DNA from: an uncultured Acidobacteriaceae bacterium
GTDB taxonomy: Bacteria; Acidobacteriota; Terriglobia; Terriglobales; Acidobacteriaceae
NCBI GenBank assembly: GCA_963774565.1
Contig: CAVZFP010000009.1
Span: 64,349 to 128,348, forward strand
Length of the DNA stretch: 64,000 nt
Reading direction: 5' to 3'
Shown: one piece after another, positions 1 to 10,510 of the stretch
Numbering within the stretch: the first letter of the stretch is position 1
How the letters are laid out: every line of letters begins with the position of its first letter
Made by a program: the position numbers and the translations under genes
Notes under the pieces: generated by a model
Told to the model about the DNA's origin: nothing
Seen by the model: the letters and a program-made list of their open reading frames with translations, nothing else
Databases searched by the model: none

Positions 1-1100
1 TCGTCGCCCACCACATTGCGGTGCCGCAGTGAGGTGATCACCGCGAATGCGCCCAGGTTCATGAAAGTGTAAACCAGCAGGTAGATCAGGATGCCCTTGA
101 TGCCGTCCGGACTGAGTTGAGTAGCGGTCCCGGCGATCAGGCCGAGCAGCATGTACCCGACGTGCGCGATCGAAGAATAGGCGAGCAGACGCTTGGTGTT
201 GGTCTGGGTGAGCGCGGCGAAGTTGGCGCCAGTCATGGTGGCGATTGAGACGAAGACCAGCAACGGCACCCAGATCGGGCGCATGGGCATCAGTCCGATG
301 ACCAGGATGCGGAGCAGCATCGCCCATCCCGCAGCCTTGACCGCGACCGACATGAATCCCGTGATGCTGGTCGGCGCGCCTTCGTAGGCGTCCGGCGCCC
401 ACTGGTGGAATGGGATGGCGGCGATTTTGAATAGCAAGCCGGTAATCGTGGTGAGCAGCGCAACGACCGCAACCGGTTTGTATTCGCTGTTGAGAACGTG
501 CCGCGCCAGTGCTTGTTGGATGACTCCGAGATTGGTGCTGCCGGTTAACCCATAAAGCAGAGACAGCCCGTAGGCAAAAATGCCGGAAGAGAATGCGCCC
601 AGCAGCAGGTATTTCAAGGCAGCTTCGTTGGAGCGGCGGTCGCGACGCAGAAATCCTACGAGCACGTAGGTGGAGATCGCCATCAATTCCAGGCCGATAA
701 AGATGAGAACAATATCGAAGCCGGCGGCCATGCACATCATGCCGGCAACCGAGAGCAGCATCAGTGCGTAGTATTCGCCGTGATTTTCGTGCTCCGTTTC
801 GAGGTAGCGCACCGACATCAGAATGGCGATCGCGGTACCGGCCAGAAATAAGTACCAGAAATAAATGGCAAAGCGATCGACCAGCATCGTGCGCATCAGT
901 CCGAAAGAGCCGGGTGAAGCTCCAAAATAGAGTTGGATCTTGTAGACGCCGGCGGCGGAGAAGAGCACTCCGATCATGGCGGTGACGGCGTTGACCCACT
1001 TCATCTCGCGGGGCAGCATGAGGTCGATCAGCAGGATGCCGAGCGCGAACAGCGTCAGCAGCGTGATCGGCAGCGCGAGAAGATAATCAGTCCAGACCAC
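1..1100 (-). CDS. nuoN: NADH-quinone oxidoreductase subunit N (N-terminal ~366 codons; C-terminus runs off the left edge)
   Basis: Manual reverse-complement translation from GTG (1098-1100) gives one uninterrupted frame to position 1. It reads [15 protein letters not shown]...GLELMAISTYVLVGF...FKIAAIPFHQWAPDAYEGAPT...RLLAYSSIAHVGYML, typical of antiporter-like ND2/NuoN. It follows nuoM with a 1-nt overlap. Confidence 0.85.
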   Translation of the reverse strand, partial: MVWTDYLLALPITLLTLFALGILLIDLMLPREMKWVNAVTAMIGVLFSAAGVYKIQLYFGASPGSFGLMRTMLVDRFAIYFWYLFLAGTAIAILMSVRYLETEHENHGEYYALMLLSVAGMMCMAAGFDIVLIFIGLELMAISTYVLVGFLRRDRRSNEAALKYLLLGAFSSGIFAYGLSLLYGLTGSTNLGVIQQALARHVLNSEYKPVAVVALLTTITGLLFKIAAIPFHQWAPDAYEGAPTSITGFMSVAVKAAGWAMLLRILVIGLMPMRPIWVPLLVFVSIATMTGANFAALTQTNTKRLLAYSSIAHVGYMLLGLIAGTATQLSPDGIKGILIYLLVYTFMNLGAFAVITSLRHRNVVGD

Positions 1101-2766
1101 TATTTCTTCCCCTTTGCCTTAGCTGGCGCGGTTGCGGCCGGAGTCGGCGGATTTTCCGTGGCTCCCACGCTTGCGGGAGCGACTTGCGTTGCCGGTTGCG
1201 CGTCGGCATTCACCGCGGGCAGCGGATAGTCAGGTCGCACGATTGCGATCGTGTGATTGACCGGCTGTTCGAGAATCTGGAAAAACGGCTTGGGATAGAG
1301 GCCGATCCAGAACGCCATGATGAGCAGGGGCACGAACGTCGCGACTTCCCGCGGCGTCAAGTCGTGCAGCTTTTCGTTCTTCGGATTGGTGACGGTGCCG
1401 AAGAAAACGCGCTGGTAGAGCCAGAGTAAATACGCGGCGGCCAGCACGACTCCGGGAACAGCCCATGCGCCCCACTTCCAGTTCTCCATGAACGTCCCTT
1501 GCAGAATCGTGAACTCGCCGACGAAGCCGTTCAGCAGCGGCAGCCCCATCGAAGACAGGAACATGATCATGGTGATGGTTGCGTAGACCGGCATCACATT
1601 GGAGATGCCGCCGTATTCTGAGATCTCGCGCGTGTGGCGGCGTTCGTAGAGGATACCGACAATCAAGAAGAGCGCGCCGGTGGAGATCCCGTGGTTGATT
1701 TGCTGCAGGACCGAGCCACTCAGACCCGAGGGGCGTAAGCGCGAAGATTCCGAGAGTGCAGAAGCCCAGGTGGCTGACCGAAGAGTAGGCCACGAGCTTC
1801 TTCATGTCTTTCTGCATCAGTGAGACCAGCGCGCCATAGATGATGCCGACGATGGAAAGAAAAATCATCCAGCCGCGCACGGTCATGCCCAAAAACGTCG
1901 CCGGATTCGACAGCACGTTGGGGAAGAAGGGAAGCGAGAAGCGGATGAACCCGTAGGTTCCCATCTTCAGCAGAACGCCGGCCAGGATTACAGAGCCCGC
2001 AGTGGGCGCCTCCACGTGCGCGTCGGGCAGCCACGTGTGGAAGGGAAACATCGGAACCTTGATCGCGAAGGCGAAGAAGAAACTAAGAAACAGCAAGCGT
2101 AGCGACGTGCGGGCCGTAGTCGGAGTAAATGCGCGGCGCGGTGTCGTAGAGCGCCTGCAAGCTGAAAGTGTAGATGCCGGTCACATGTTGATGATGGAAG
2201 TAGAGGAACAGGATGCCCAGCAGCATCAGGACCGAGCCGGCCAAGGTGTAGAGAAAGAATTTGATGGCAGCGTAGAGTTTTCGCGGGCCTCCCCAGATGC
2301 CGATCAGCAGGTACATAGGGACCAGCATGGCTTCCCAGAAGACAAAGAAGAGGAAGAAATCGAGCGCCATGAAGACGCCGAGCATGCCGGTCTGGAGAAC
2401 CAGAAACCAGACGTAGTATTCCTTAACGCGATTCTCGATGGCGGTCCAGGACGAGAGGATCGAGATCCATCCCAGCAGCGTAGTGAGCATGATGAGCAGA
2501 AACGAAATGCCATCGATGCCCAGAACGTAGCCCGCGCCGATCGAGGGGATCCAGTTGCCGGGCGCGCCTTCGATGAACTTGAAGCCGGGTTCGAAGCGCT
2601 GCTCCCAGAACATCGGCACCAGCGGGATCGAGACCACGAGCCCGGCGAGCGCGAAGACGTTCGCGATCCAGCGGATGGCGTTCTTGTTCTCCTTGGGGAC
2701 GAACAGGAGAAAAAGCGCCCCGACGAGCGGCGTGAAGAGGATGATCGATAAGATGTGAGCTTGCAT
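1100..2766 (-). CDS. nuoM: NADH-quinone oxidoreductase subunit M, with two apparent frameshifts (~2090 and ~1725)
   Basis: Three ORF-track fragments (2083-2766, 1230-2096, 1100-1666) concatenate into one ND4/NuoM. They read [16 protein letters not shown]...[21 protein letters not shown]; ...[36 protein letters not shown]...; ...[34 protein letters not shown]. The C-terminus is a low-complexity Pro/Ala/Lys tail. Confidence 0.85.
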
Positions 2767-2798
2767 AAGAAACGGTTCTCAGTTAACGGTTCTTAGTC

Positions 2799-2894
2799 GT
2801 AGCGCCGGCGTCTCGCCGGCTGTCGTGAGGGCATCTTGCCCTCGCAAGTGGCGGCGAAACGCCGCCACGACAGCCGCCGGGACAGCGGCGCCAC
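2799..2894. repeat. REP-like multi-hairpin intergenic element (copy 1) between nuoM and nuoL
   Basis: gtagcgccggcgtctcgccggctgtcgtgagggcatcttgccctcgca... contains consecutive short perfect stems: gccggcg/cgccggc, gagggca/tgccctc and gtggcggcg/cgccgccac. The first ~45 nt recur at 9879-9924 with compensatory substitutions. Confidence 0.6.
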
Positions 2895-2912
2895 GAAAAT
2901 CGTGCGTTGCCT

Positions 2913-5050
2913 TCAGTGATACACGTAATAAAACACGAAACCTACCAATCCTGCGGTCATGACCAGCGCATACCATTGCACCAAGCCCCATTCGAACAGC
3001 CGCGCGGGATAACTGAGCATGCGCGCCAGGATCGCGGGGCCGTTGACGCCGATGCCGTCGATGATCCACTTATCCCACCAACTGGAAAACGTTGCGGTTC
3101 CCCGCGTGATCGAGCCGGCGGCATTCACCGCGCCATCGACTACGTTCGAATCGAACCACGAACTAGCTTCGCCCGCGCCCAGCACGCCGAGACGGACGTC
3201 GCCCACTTTGCGGCGCCCGGTGAAGACATAGTCGTAACCTTCGTCAACGTAATACTTGTTGAGCAGCGTCTTGTAAACGGGCGGTGAGGCGGCAGCGATG
3301 GGCTCGACGTAATCCCTTGTCGGCATTGGCGTAGGAGCGTCCGGCCATGAACCATCCCACTCCGGCCGCGGCTACCGATAGGAACATCAGCAAATATTCC
3401 GTCGGGCTGGTGTGCTCTTCTTCTTTTTCGCCGGCGGCCAGTTGTCCGGCTTTGCCTTCCTCGATTAAAACGTGAGCTTCGCCGCGCGCGAAGACTGGAT
3501 CGAGGAAGCGGGCGAAGCGATCGGAGCCGCCGAGGCTGTGCGGCCAGCCCAGGAATCCCGCAAACAGCGAGCAGACCGCCAGGACCACCAGCGGCATCGT
3601 CATCGACTTCGGCGACTCGTGGATGTGGTGCTCGACTTCATGGCTCATGCGCGGCTTGCTGTAGAACGTGAGATAGATGAGGCGGAACATGTAGAACGCC
3701 GTCATCAGCGCGGTGATGTAGCCGATGCCCCACAGGATGCGATAGGCGCCGCCCTCGGAGGTCCACGTCTGCCAGAGGATTTCGTCTTTCGAGAAGAATC
3801 CAGCGAACGGCGGAATGCCCGCGATGGCGAGCGTGGCGATGAGCATCGTCCGGTAGGTCGTGGGAATGCGGTCGCGGAGGGCGCCCATGTTGCGCATGTC
3901 CTGCTCGCCGCTCATGGCGTGAATCACCGAGCCTGCGCCGAGGAAGAGCAGGGCTTTGAAGAAAGCGTGCGTGAAGACGTGGAAGACGCCGGCGGAGAAG
4001 GCTCCGACGCCGAGCGCGAGGAACATGTAGCCGAGTTGCGAAACCGTCGAGTAGGCGAGCACGCGCTTGATGTCGTTTTGCACCAGGCCGATGGACGCGG
4101 CGAAGATGGCGGTCAGCGCGCCCACGATGGCGACCGCCTTCATCGATTTCGGCGCCAGCACGAACAGGGCGTTCGAGCGCGCGACCATGTAGACGCCCGC
4201 CGTGACCATGGTCGCGGCATGGATCAGCGCGGAGACTGGCGTGGGGCCTTCCATCGCGTCCGGCAGCCAGACGTAAAGCGGAAGCTGCGCCGACTTGCCG
4301 CAGGCTCCGACGAAAAGAAGCAGCGTGGCGGCGGTGATGATGGGATCGCCGATGTGGAAGTGCCCGCTGCGGGCAGCTGCGTTCACATCGATGAAGCGCA
4401 GCGAGCCGAAATACCAGGCGATGAAGAACATGCCGAGCAGGAATCCGGCGTCGCCAATGCGGTTGACGATGAACGCCTTGTTGGCGGCGTCGCTCGCCGA
4501 CTTGCGATGGAAATAAAACCCGATCAGCAGATACGAGCACAGGCCCACGCCCTCCCAGCCCACGAACATCAGCACATAGTTGTTGGCCAGGATCAGCGTG
4601 AGCATGGAGAACATGAAGAGGTTCAGGTATCCGAAGAAGCGGTAGTAGCCGCCTTCATGCGCCATGTAGCCGGTGGAATAAATGTGGATCAGCATGCCGA
4701 CGCCGGTCACAAACAGCAGCCAGATGCTGGAGAGCGGGTCGAGAAGGAATCCGGCGTCGGCCTGAAAGGGAGCCTGGCGAGCCGTCGTGCGTGACGTAAG
4801 TTCAGGTGGCCGGTGTCGGTGCCGAGCCAGGTGTAGAGGATCTTCTCGATAAGGCTGGTGGTCGTGCGCCGGAGCCCAGTTGCGTGTATTGCAAGACCGC
4901 GCCGCACGCCATGAGGAACGCCAGGACGACAGACCCGACGCAGACCGCGCTCACCGTCGCCTTCTGCAGCTTGCGCCCGAAGAAGAACATGATCGCCGCG
5001 CCGAAGGCGGGAAGCAGCGGGATGAGATAGATGTGGTCTAGAAATAGCAT
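2913..5050 (-). CDS. nuoL: NADH-quinone oxidoreductase subunit L, with at least three apparent frameshifts (~3290-3330 and two between ~4710 and ~4870)
   Basis: ORF-track fragments together match ND5/NuoL. They are 4802-5050 (MLFLDHIYLIPLLPAFGAAIMFFFG), 4707-4907 (EKILYTWLGTDTGHLNL), 3244-4710 (488 aa, ...LPLYVWLPDAMEGPTPVSALIHAATMVTAGVYM...) and 2913-3326 (C-terminal amphipathic/TM part). Confidence 0.85.
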
Positions 5051-5163
5051 GTCAGCTCTCAGCCGTCAGCTCTCAGCTTTCAGCCAAAGCACTTCGATTC
5101 CAGCAGCCGTAATCATGCGCATCTGCAAGTGCTGACGGCTGAAAGCTGAGAGCTGACAGCTGC
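5051..5163. repeat. Word-like tandem/inverted repeat forming a 21-bp perfect stem (5065-5085 pairs with 5137-5157), in the nuoL-nuoK spacer
   Basis: gtcagctctcagcc occurs twice in tandem. gtcagctctcagctttcagcc is exactly complementary to ggctgaaagctgagagctgac, with a 51-nt loop. Confidence 0.7.
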
Positions 5164-5167
5164 TTTT

Positions 5168-5503
5168 CTACCACTTCAACAAATTCACTTCGTCCACGTT
5201 GACCGTCTCCTTATTACGGAAGAAGGCGATCAGGATGCCGAGGCCGACCGCGGCTTCGGCGGCGGCGTCGGTGATGACGAAAATTGCGAACACCTGCCCG
5301 TGCAGCGCCGTGGGCCCGTGAATCCCCTGCCAGTAGCGCGAGAAGGCGACCAGGTTCAGGTTGACGGCGTTCAGGATCAATTCGATCGACATCAGCACGA
5401 TAACCACGTTGCGGCGCGTAAGCACGCCGATCACGCCCAGCAGAAACAGTGCCGCGCCCAGGACCAGGTAGTGCAGCGTCGTGATGTGAAGCATGGCGTC
5501 CAT
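5168..5503 (-). CDS. nuoK: NADH-quinone oxidoreductase subunit K
   Basis: Intact 111-aa ORF with three TM helices: [55 protein letters not shown]... This is the typical ND4L/NuoK sequence. Confidence 0.9.
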   Translation of the reverse strand: MDAMLHITTLHYLVLGAALFLLGVIGVLTRRNVVIVLMSIELILNAVNLNLVAFSRYWQGIHGPTALHGQVFAIFVITDAAAEAAVGLGILIAFFRNKETVNVDEVNLLKW

Positions 5504-5567
5504 TTGAGCTTCTAGTGTCTAGCTCCTAGCCGCTAGCTACGATCGCTACGCAGGCTGCATACTGACT

Positions 5568-6099
<532 letters not shown>

Positions 6100-6103
<4 letters not shown>

Positions 6104-7407
6104 GGTCGCCGCCACACTCCCTGCAGTTGCTGCCCACAGTTCGGTCCGCATCCCCACGACGGCCGTCAGGATCAGGAGCGCCAGGCCCATCGGCAGCAGC
6201 ACTTTCCATCCTACTTTCATGAGCTGGTCAAAGCGGTAACGCGGGAACGTGCCACGATACCAGATATAGAGGTACATGAACACGGCAACTTTCGCCGAGA
6301 ACCAGAAAATGTCCGGTGACGCGCATCGCGGACCGGCGGAATGAACAGAGACCAGGCCGATCAGGCCGAGCACCACGCCGAAGCCGGCCAGGCCCGATGG
6401 TCTGAACTCGGAACAGCGGATGCTTCGGCATGCGCGCCGTGCTGTAGAAACACATCGCCGCCAGAAGCACGAAAAGTGAGTCCGGGAAAGAGCGAGAAGA
6501 CCAAGATCCCACGTCGGGCCGCTCAAGCAGTTCGGAAACGGCCGCAGCCATCCGCCCAGCCAAAGCGTGACGGCGATCGACGAGACGGCGATCATCGCCG
6601 AGTATTCGGCCAGCAAGAATAAAGACCAGCGGAAGCCGCTGTACTCGGTGTGGAATCCGGCGGTCAGTTCGGATTCGGCTTCGGGCAGGTCGAAGGGCGC
6701 GCGGTTGGTCTCGGCGACCATGGCGATGGCGAAGATAAAGAATGCCGATCAGGCCCAGCGGGAAGAATTTGAAGATGAACCAGACGCCCTGCGCCTGCTG
6801 CGCCTGCACGATGCCGATCATGCTCAGCGTGCCGGTGCCGCTCGGCGTTCAGGCTGGTCATCAGGATGGCCGAGACCACCGCCAGTCCCATGGCGACTTC
6901 ATACGACACCATCTGCGCGCTCGAGCGCAGCGCGCCGATCAGCGGGTAGTGCGAGTTCGAGGCCCATCCGGCCGTCACGATGCCGAGCACGCCAGCGACG
7001 AGACGCCGAGCATAAAGAGGATGCCGATGTTCATGTCGGTGATGGCATGCGTGGGGCCGAACGGAACCACGACGATAGACGGTGAAGGCCGCCAGCAACC
7101 ACGATCAGCGGCGCGACCCAGAAGACGAACTGGTCGGCTTCGGCGGGAATGATGTCTTCTTTCAGCATCAGCTTGATGCGCATCGGCGATGGGCTGCAGC
7201 AATCCGTGCGGGCCCACGCGCATGGGGCCGAGGCGCACCTGCATGTGCGCGAGAATCTTGCGCTCCAGCCAGTTCATCGCGATGACCGCGACCGACACGC
7301 CGCCGAAGACGAGCAGGATGTAGACCAGGGCCCAGAAGAGATTGCCCGCCGCGCCGGGCGTGTCTGTCGCTGTCGAGATAGGACTGGATGTACTGAAGAT
7401 CGAGCAT
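6100..7407 (-). CDS. nuoH: NADH-quinone oxidoreductase subunit H, with several apparent frameshifts
   Basis: The start [10 protein letters not shown] (ATG at 7405-7407) overlaps the nuoD stop. Recognisable ND1/NuoH pieces are [32 protein letters not shown] (6975-7298), ...[37 protein letters not shown]..., and [26 protein letters not shown] (5951-6721). The pieces are spread over three frames. Confidence 0.8.
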
Positions 7408-8593
7408 CAGCGGTCCACCTCGCCGAGAACGATGTCGAGCGTGCCGATGACGGCGATCACGTCGGCGACCAGCTGGCCGCGGCACATCACATCGAGCGCT
7501 TGCAGATTGACGAACGATGGCGGACGCACGCGAATGCGGTAGGGCTGCGTCGAGCCATCGCTGACGATGAAATATCCGAGCTCGCCCTTGGGCGCTTCGA
7601 TCGAGTGATAGATCTCGCCGACCGGCGGCTTGATCACCTTCGGGACCTTGGCCATGATCGGGCCTTCGGGAATGCCGTCGACGGCCTGCTCGATGATGCG
7701 CAGCGATTGCCGCATCTCGACCATGCGGACCAGATACCGGTCGTAGGTGTCGCCGTTTTCGCCGATGGGAATTTCGAAGTCGAAGTTCTTGTAGCGGCGT
7801 AGGGCTGGGCCTTGCGCAGGTCCCACTTCACGCCGCTGGCGCGCAGCACCGGCCCGGTCACGCCGAGCGCGATGCAATCCTTGCCGGAGATCACGCCGAC
7901 GTTTTTCGTGCGCTCGCAGCCAGATGCGGTTGGTGGTGAGCAGCTCTTCGTATTCGTCGATCTTCGGCGCGACGAACGTCAGGAAATTCTTCACGTCCTT
8001 TTCGAAGCCGTCGTAGGTCTCGTACTGGCAGCCGCCGATGCGGAAGGCGTGCGTGGTCAGGCGCGCGCCGCAATATTTTTCGAAAATCTTGAGAATCTCT
8101 TCCCGGTCGCGGAAGGTGTAGAACAGCGGCGTCATCGCGCCGATATCGAGCGCATGCGTGCCCAGCCAGAGCTGGTGGCTGGCGATGCGGTTCAGTTCGG
8201 TCAGGATGACGCGAATGTATTGCGCGCGCGGCGGCGCTTCGACGTTCAGCAGCTTCTCGACCGCTTCGCAGTATCCCAGCCCGTTCGAGACCGCGGCGAC
8301 ATAATCCATGCGGTCGACGTAGGGATTGAACATCGTGTAGGTGCGGTTCTCGGCGATTTTTTCGACGCCGCGATGCAGGTAGCCGATGACGCACTCGAGG
8401 CCCAGAACTTTTTCGCCGTCGAGCCTCAGGATGACGCGCAGCACGCCATGCGTCGCCGGATGCTGCGGGCCCATGTTGATGACGAGTTCGTTCGCATCCA
8501 GAAACGTCTTGTCGGGCGTTTCGAGATCGAGATTGCGACGAGATGTGTTCGCGAGTCGTCAGTGCTGTCGGGACTTCGTCGGATCGTGCTCAT
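7407..8593 (-). CDS. nuoD: NADH-quinone oxidoreductase subunit D, with apparent frameshifts (~8530 and inside ~7850-7950)
   Basis: ORF 7407-8474 reads [23 protein letters not shown]...[22 protein letters not shown]...[17 protein letters not shown]...[13 protein letters not shown], a 49-kDa subunit signature. The N-terminus MSTIRRSPD... starts at 8591-8593 and overlaps the nuoC stop as ATGA. Confidence 0.85.
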
Positions 8594-9366
8594 TGCCCGC
8601 TCTCGATTCCCAGGTTGATCTGCACCCACTCTTGTCCTGCTGCAGGATGCCGTAGTCTTTGCGCAGCGGATGGCCCTTCCAGCCGTCGGGCAGCAGAATG
8701 CGCTTCAGGTCGGGATGGCCGTCGAACTTGATGCCGAACATGTCGAAGACTTCGCGCTCCAGCCAGTTGGCCGTTGCCCAGATGGGACACCGGAACTGGG
8801 CATGCGTCTCGCCGTCGGCGATCTGCGTCTTCACCCGGATGCGCTCGTTGCGCGGAAACGAGTAGAGCATCCAGACGCACATCGAATTGCTTTTCGCGCT
8901 TCGGATAATGCACGGCGGTGATGTCGACGCAGTAGTCGAACTGCTCTTCGTCGCGCAGAAGCTGCAGAATTTCGGGAATCAGCGAGCGATCGACCACCAT
9001 GTAGTTCTGGCCGAGATAAGTCAGCGGCTCGATGCCCGGAGCCGTATTGCCCTTTAAGCTTCGCGACCATCGGCGAATCCCAGGGCGTCGGGCACCGGAG
9101 CCGCGGGCTTCGGCGGAGCGCGGCCGGCTTGGCGCGGCAGGCGCGGGCGCAGCGAGCGGGTTTCGGCAGCAGTTGCAGGGCTCGGAGTTGCGGCAGGCTG
9201 GAGCCGGCTTGTCGGGAGCGGTTTTCGTTTCTGATTGAACCGAACCGGAGGGAGTAGCTTTCACCCCGCCCGGCGTAGCGGGCTGATCCGCCGTCGGTTT
9301 CGGTTCACCTTCCGGCGGCGGTGAAGAGGGGGATTTGATTTCGTCCGGCATAGCTCGCGAAGGCAC
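8590..9366 (-). CDS. nuoC: NADH-quinone oxidoreductase subunit C with a Pro/Ala/Lys-rich N-terminal extension; several apparent frameshifts
   Basis: Pieces are [52 protein letters not shown] (8590-9366 ORF), then [76 protein letters not shown] (8559-8882 ORF). This is the 30-kDa subunit motif. The N-terminal ~100 aa is [29 protein letters not shown]... Confidence 0.8.
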   Translation of the reverse strand: MPSRAMPDEIKSPSSPPPEGEPKPTADQPATPGGVKATPSGSVQSETKTAPDKPAPACRNSEPCNCCRNPLAAPAPAAPSRPRSAEARGSGARRPGIRRWSRSLKGNTAPGIEPLTYLGQNYMVVDRSLIPEILQLLRDEEQFDYCVDITAVHYPKREKQFDVRLDALLVSAQRAHPGEDADRRRRDACPVPVSHLGNGQLAGARSLRHVRHQVRRPSRPEAHSAARRLEGPSAAQRLRHPAAGQEWVQINLGIESGQ

Positions 9367-9404
9367 AAACCTCCGGCGCAGTGTGCGTTGAAAAGAACGT
9401 TAAC

Positions 9405-9433
9405 TTTTATCAGCTTGAGGAGTGCGAAGTCAA
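9405..9433 (-). promoter_or_regulatory. Candidate sigma70-type promoter inside the nuo cluster, upstream of nuoC
   Basis: On the minus strand: TTGACT (9428-9433), a 17-nt spacer, then ATAAAA (9405-9410), about 40 nt upstream of the nuoC start. This is a pattern match only. Confidence 0.3.
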
Positions 9434-9538
9434 CGACAGGCAGGCGATCACGAAACGAACACTCTGATCGCCACAAATGTCCGCGAGCGAACGACTCGTT
9501 CCGCCATCGCGGAACCGCCAACTCGCTTAGGCTGCGCG

Positions 9539-9868
9539 CTATTGCGCCTGGTAGGTCTCGATCAGGTCGCGGATGCGCTGCGCGTCGGCTTTGCGATGGC
9601 CATGACTGGTGATGGGGTCGGTGCCGCCGGTGGATTCGATCACGATCTCGGACCAGAAAACGCCGGTCGAAATGTGCACCGAAGCGACCTTCGAAATCGC
9701 AATGCTCTCCTCGTTGCTGCCGAACAGGCGCGACTTCACGCGGCTGACCCGCTGCGGGCTGACCACGAGGCGCGTCGGAAAGAAAAAATTGCCCTGCGTC
9801 CAGCGGCTGGCGGTGAAGGTTTCGGCGGGAGAGGAATCCATCGGGTTATCGATTGTCGATGCGGTCAT
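9539..9868 (-). CDS. Small bacterial PH-domain-like protein (bPH_2/YdbT-like), 109 aa, sitting where nuoB would be expected
   Basis: C-terminal part of ORF 9539-10291 from the ATG at 9866-9868: MTASTIDNPMDSSPAETFTASRWTQGNFFFPTRLVVSPQRVSRVKSRLFGSNEESIAISKVASVHISTGVFWSEIVIESTGGTDPITSHGHRKADAQRIRDLIETYQAQ. The pattern resembles bacterial PH domains. The family assignment is from memory and has not been searched. Confidence 0.55.
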   Translation of the reverse strand: MTASTIDNPMDSSPAETFTASRWTQGNFFFPTRLVVSPQRVSRVKSRLFGSNEESIAISKVASVHISTGVFWSEIVIESTGGTDPITSHGHRKADAQRIRDLIETYQAQ

Positions 9869-9878
9869 CGAGTGTTCA

Positions 9879-9924
9879 GTAGCGCCGCCGTCTCGGCGGC
9901 TGTCGCGAGGGCTCTCCCCTCGCA
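9879..9924. repeat. REP-like double-hairpin element (copy 2) between nuoA and the bPH gene
   Basis: gtagcgccgccgtctcggcggctgtcgcgagggctctcccctcgca aligns to 2799-2845. Both stems are preserved by paired substitutions: gccgccg/cggcggc versus gccggcg/cgccggc. Confidence 0.6.
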
Positions 9925-9933
9925 TTGCGTCCG

Positions 9934-10291
9934 TTACACCCATTCCAGCGCGCCCTTTTTCCAGACCCATATGTAGCCGACGATCAGGATCGCCAGGAAG
10001 ATCAGCATCTCGAGCAGTCCAAACAGGCCGAAGGCTTTGAACTTCACCGCCCAGGGAAACAGAAAAATCGTTTCCACATCGAACACCACGAACAGGATGG
10101 CGATGATGTAGTAGCGCACGGTGTAGCGTCCGCGGGCGCTGTCGATGGGGTCGATGCCGCACTCGTAGGGCATCAGCTTGGTCTTGCTGGGATTCGACGG
10201 GCGCACCAGCTTCGCCAGCAGCAAAGTGATCGGCAGCAGCGATGCCAACAATCGCGATGAAGATGAAGATAGGAACGTAGTTTTGCGGCAT
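9934..10291 (-). CDS. nuoA: NADH-quinone oxidoreductase subunit A, with one apparent frameshift (~10245)
   Basis: [15 protein letters not shown] (frame of ORF 9539-10291), then [71 protein letters not shown]... (ORF 9934-10377). The ND3/NuoA motif is YECG...FD.E..FL.PW. Confidence 0.8.
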
Positions 10292-10456
10292 AGAAACTTT
10301 GGCTTCAGTTGACGCAGCAGGCCATAGTAGCGCCCCTGGGCCTCCAGTTCAAGGGACACCAGAAAATCTTTAGACACAGAAGATACTCAGGTGCACAAAG
10401 GAAACTTCTACGGACGAACGGGCGCATATTTGGCCCTCGAGCAGGTGTGATTCTTC

Positions 10457-10485
10457 TTGTCAAGCGCGAATTTCGGGTGTAGATT
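10457..10485 (+). promoter_or_regulatory. Candidate sigma70-type promoter for the downstream plus-strand membrane-protein gene
   Basis: TTGTCA (10457-10462), a 17-nt spacer, then TAGATT (10480-10485). It is followed by the RBS-like gggggaa and the ATG at 10511. Confidence 0.3.
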
Positions 10486-10510
10486 GTTTTCGCAGAAAGC
10501 GGGGGAACTC

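Noticed and set aside
3472-4794. Long antisense ORFs listed in the ORF track opposite real genes. Examples are 3472-4794 (+, 440 aa), 49844-51391 (-, 515 aa), 24952-26115 (-, 387 aa), 29056-30402 (-, 448 aa), 53811-54746 (-, 311 aa) and 37583-38923 (-, 446 aa).
   Set aside because: Their products are Arg/Pro/Gly/His-rich low-complexity strings with no motifs, typical of shadow ORFs in high-GC DNA. The opposite or alternative frame carries clear conserved proteins in each case.
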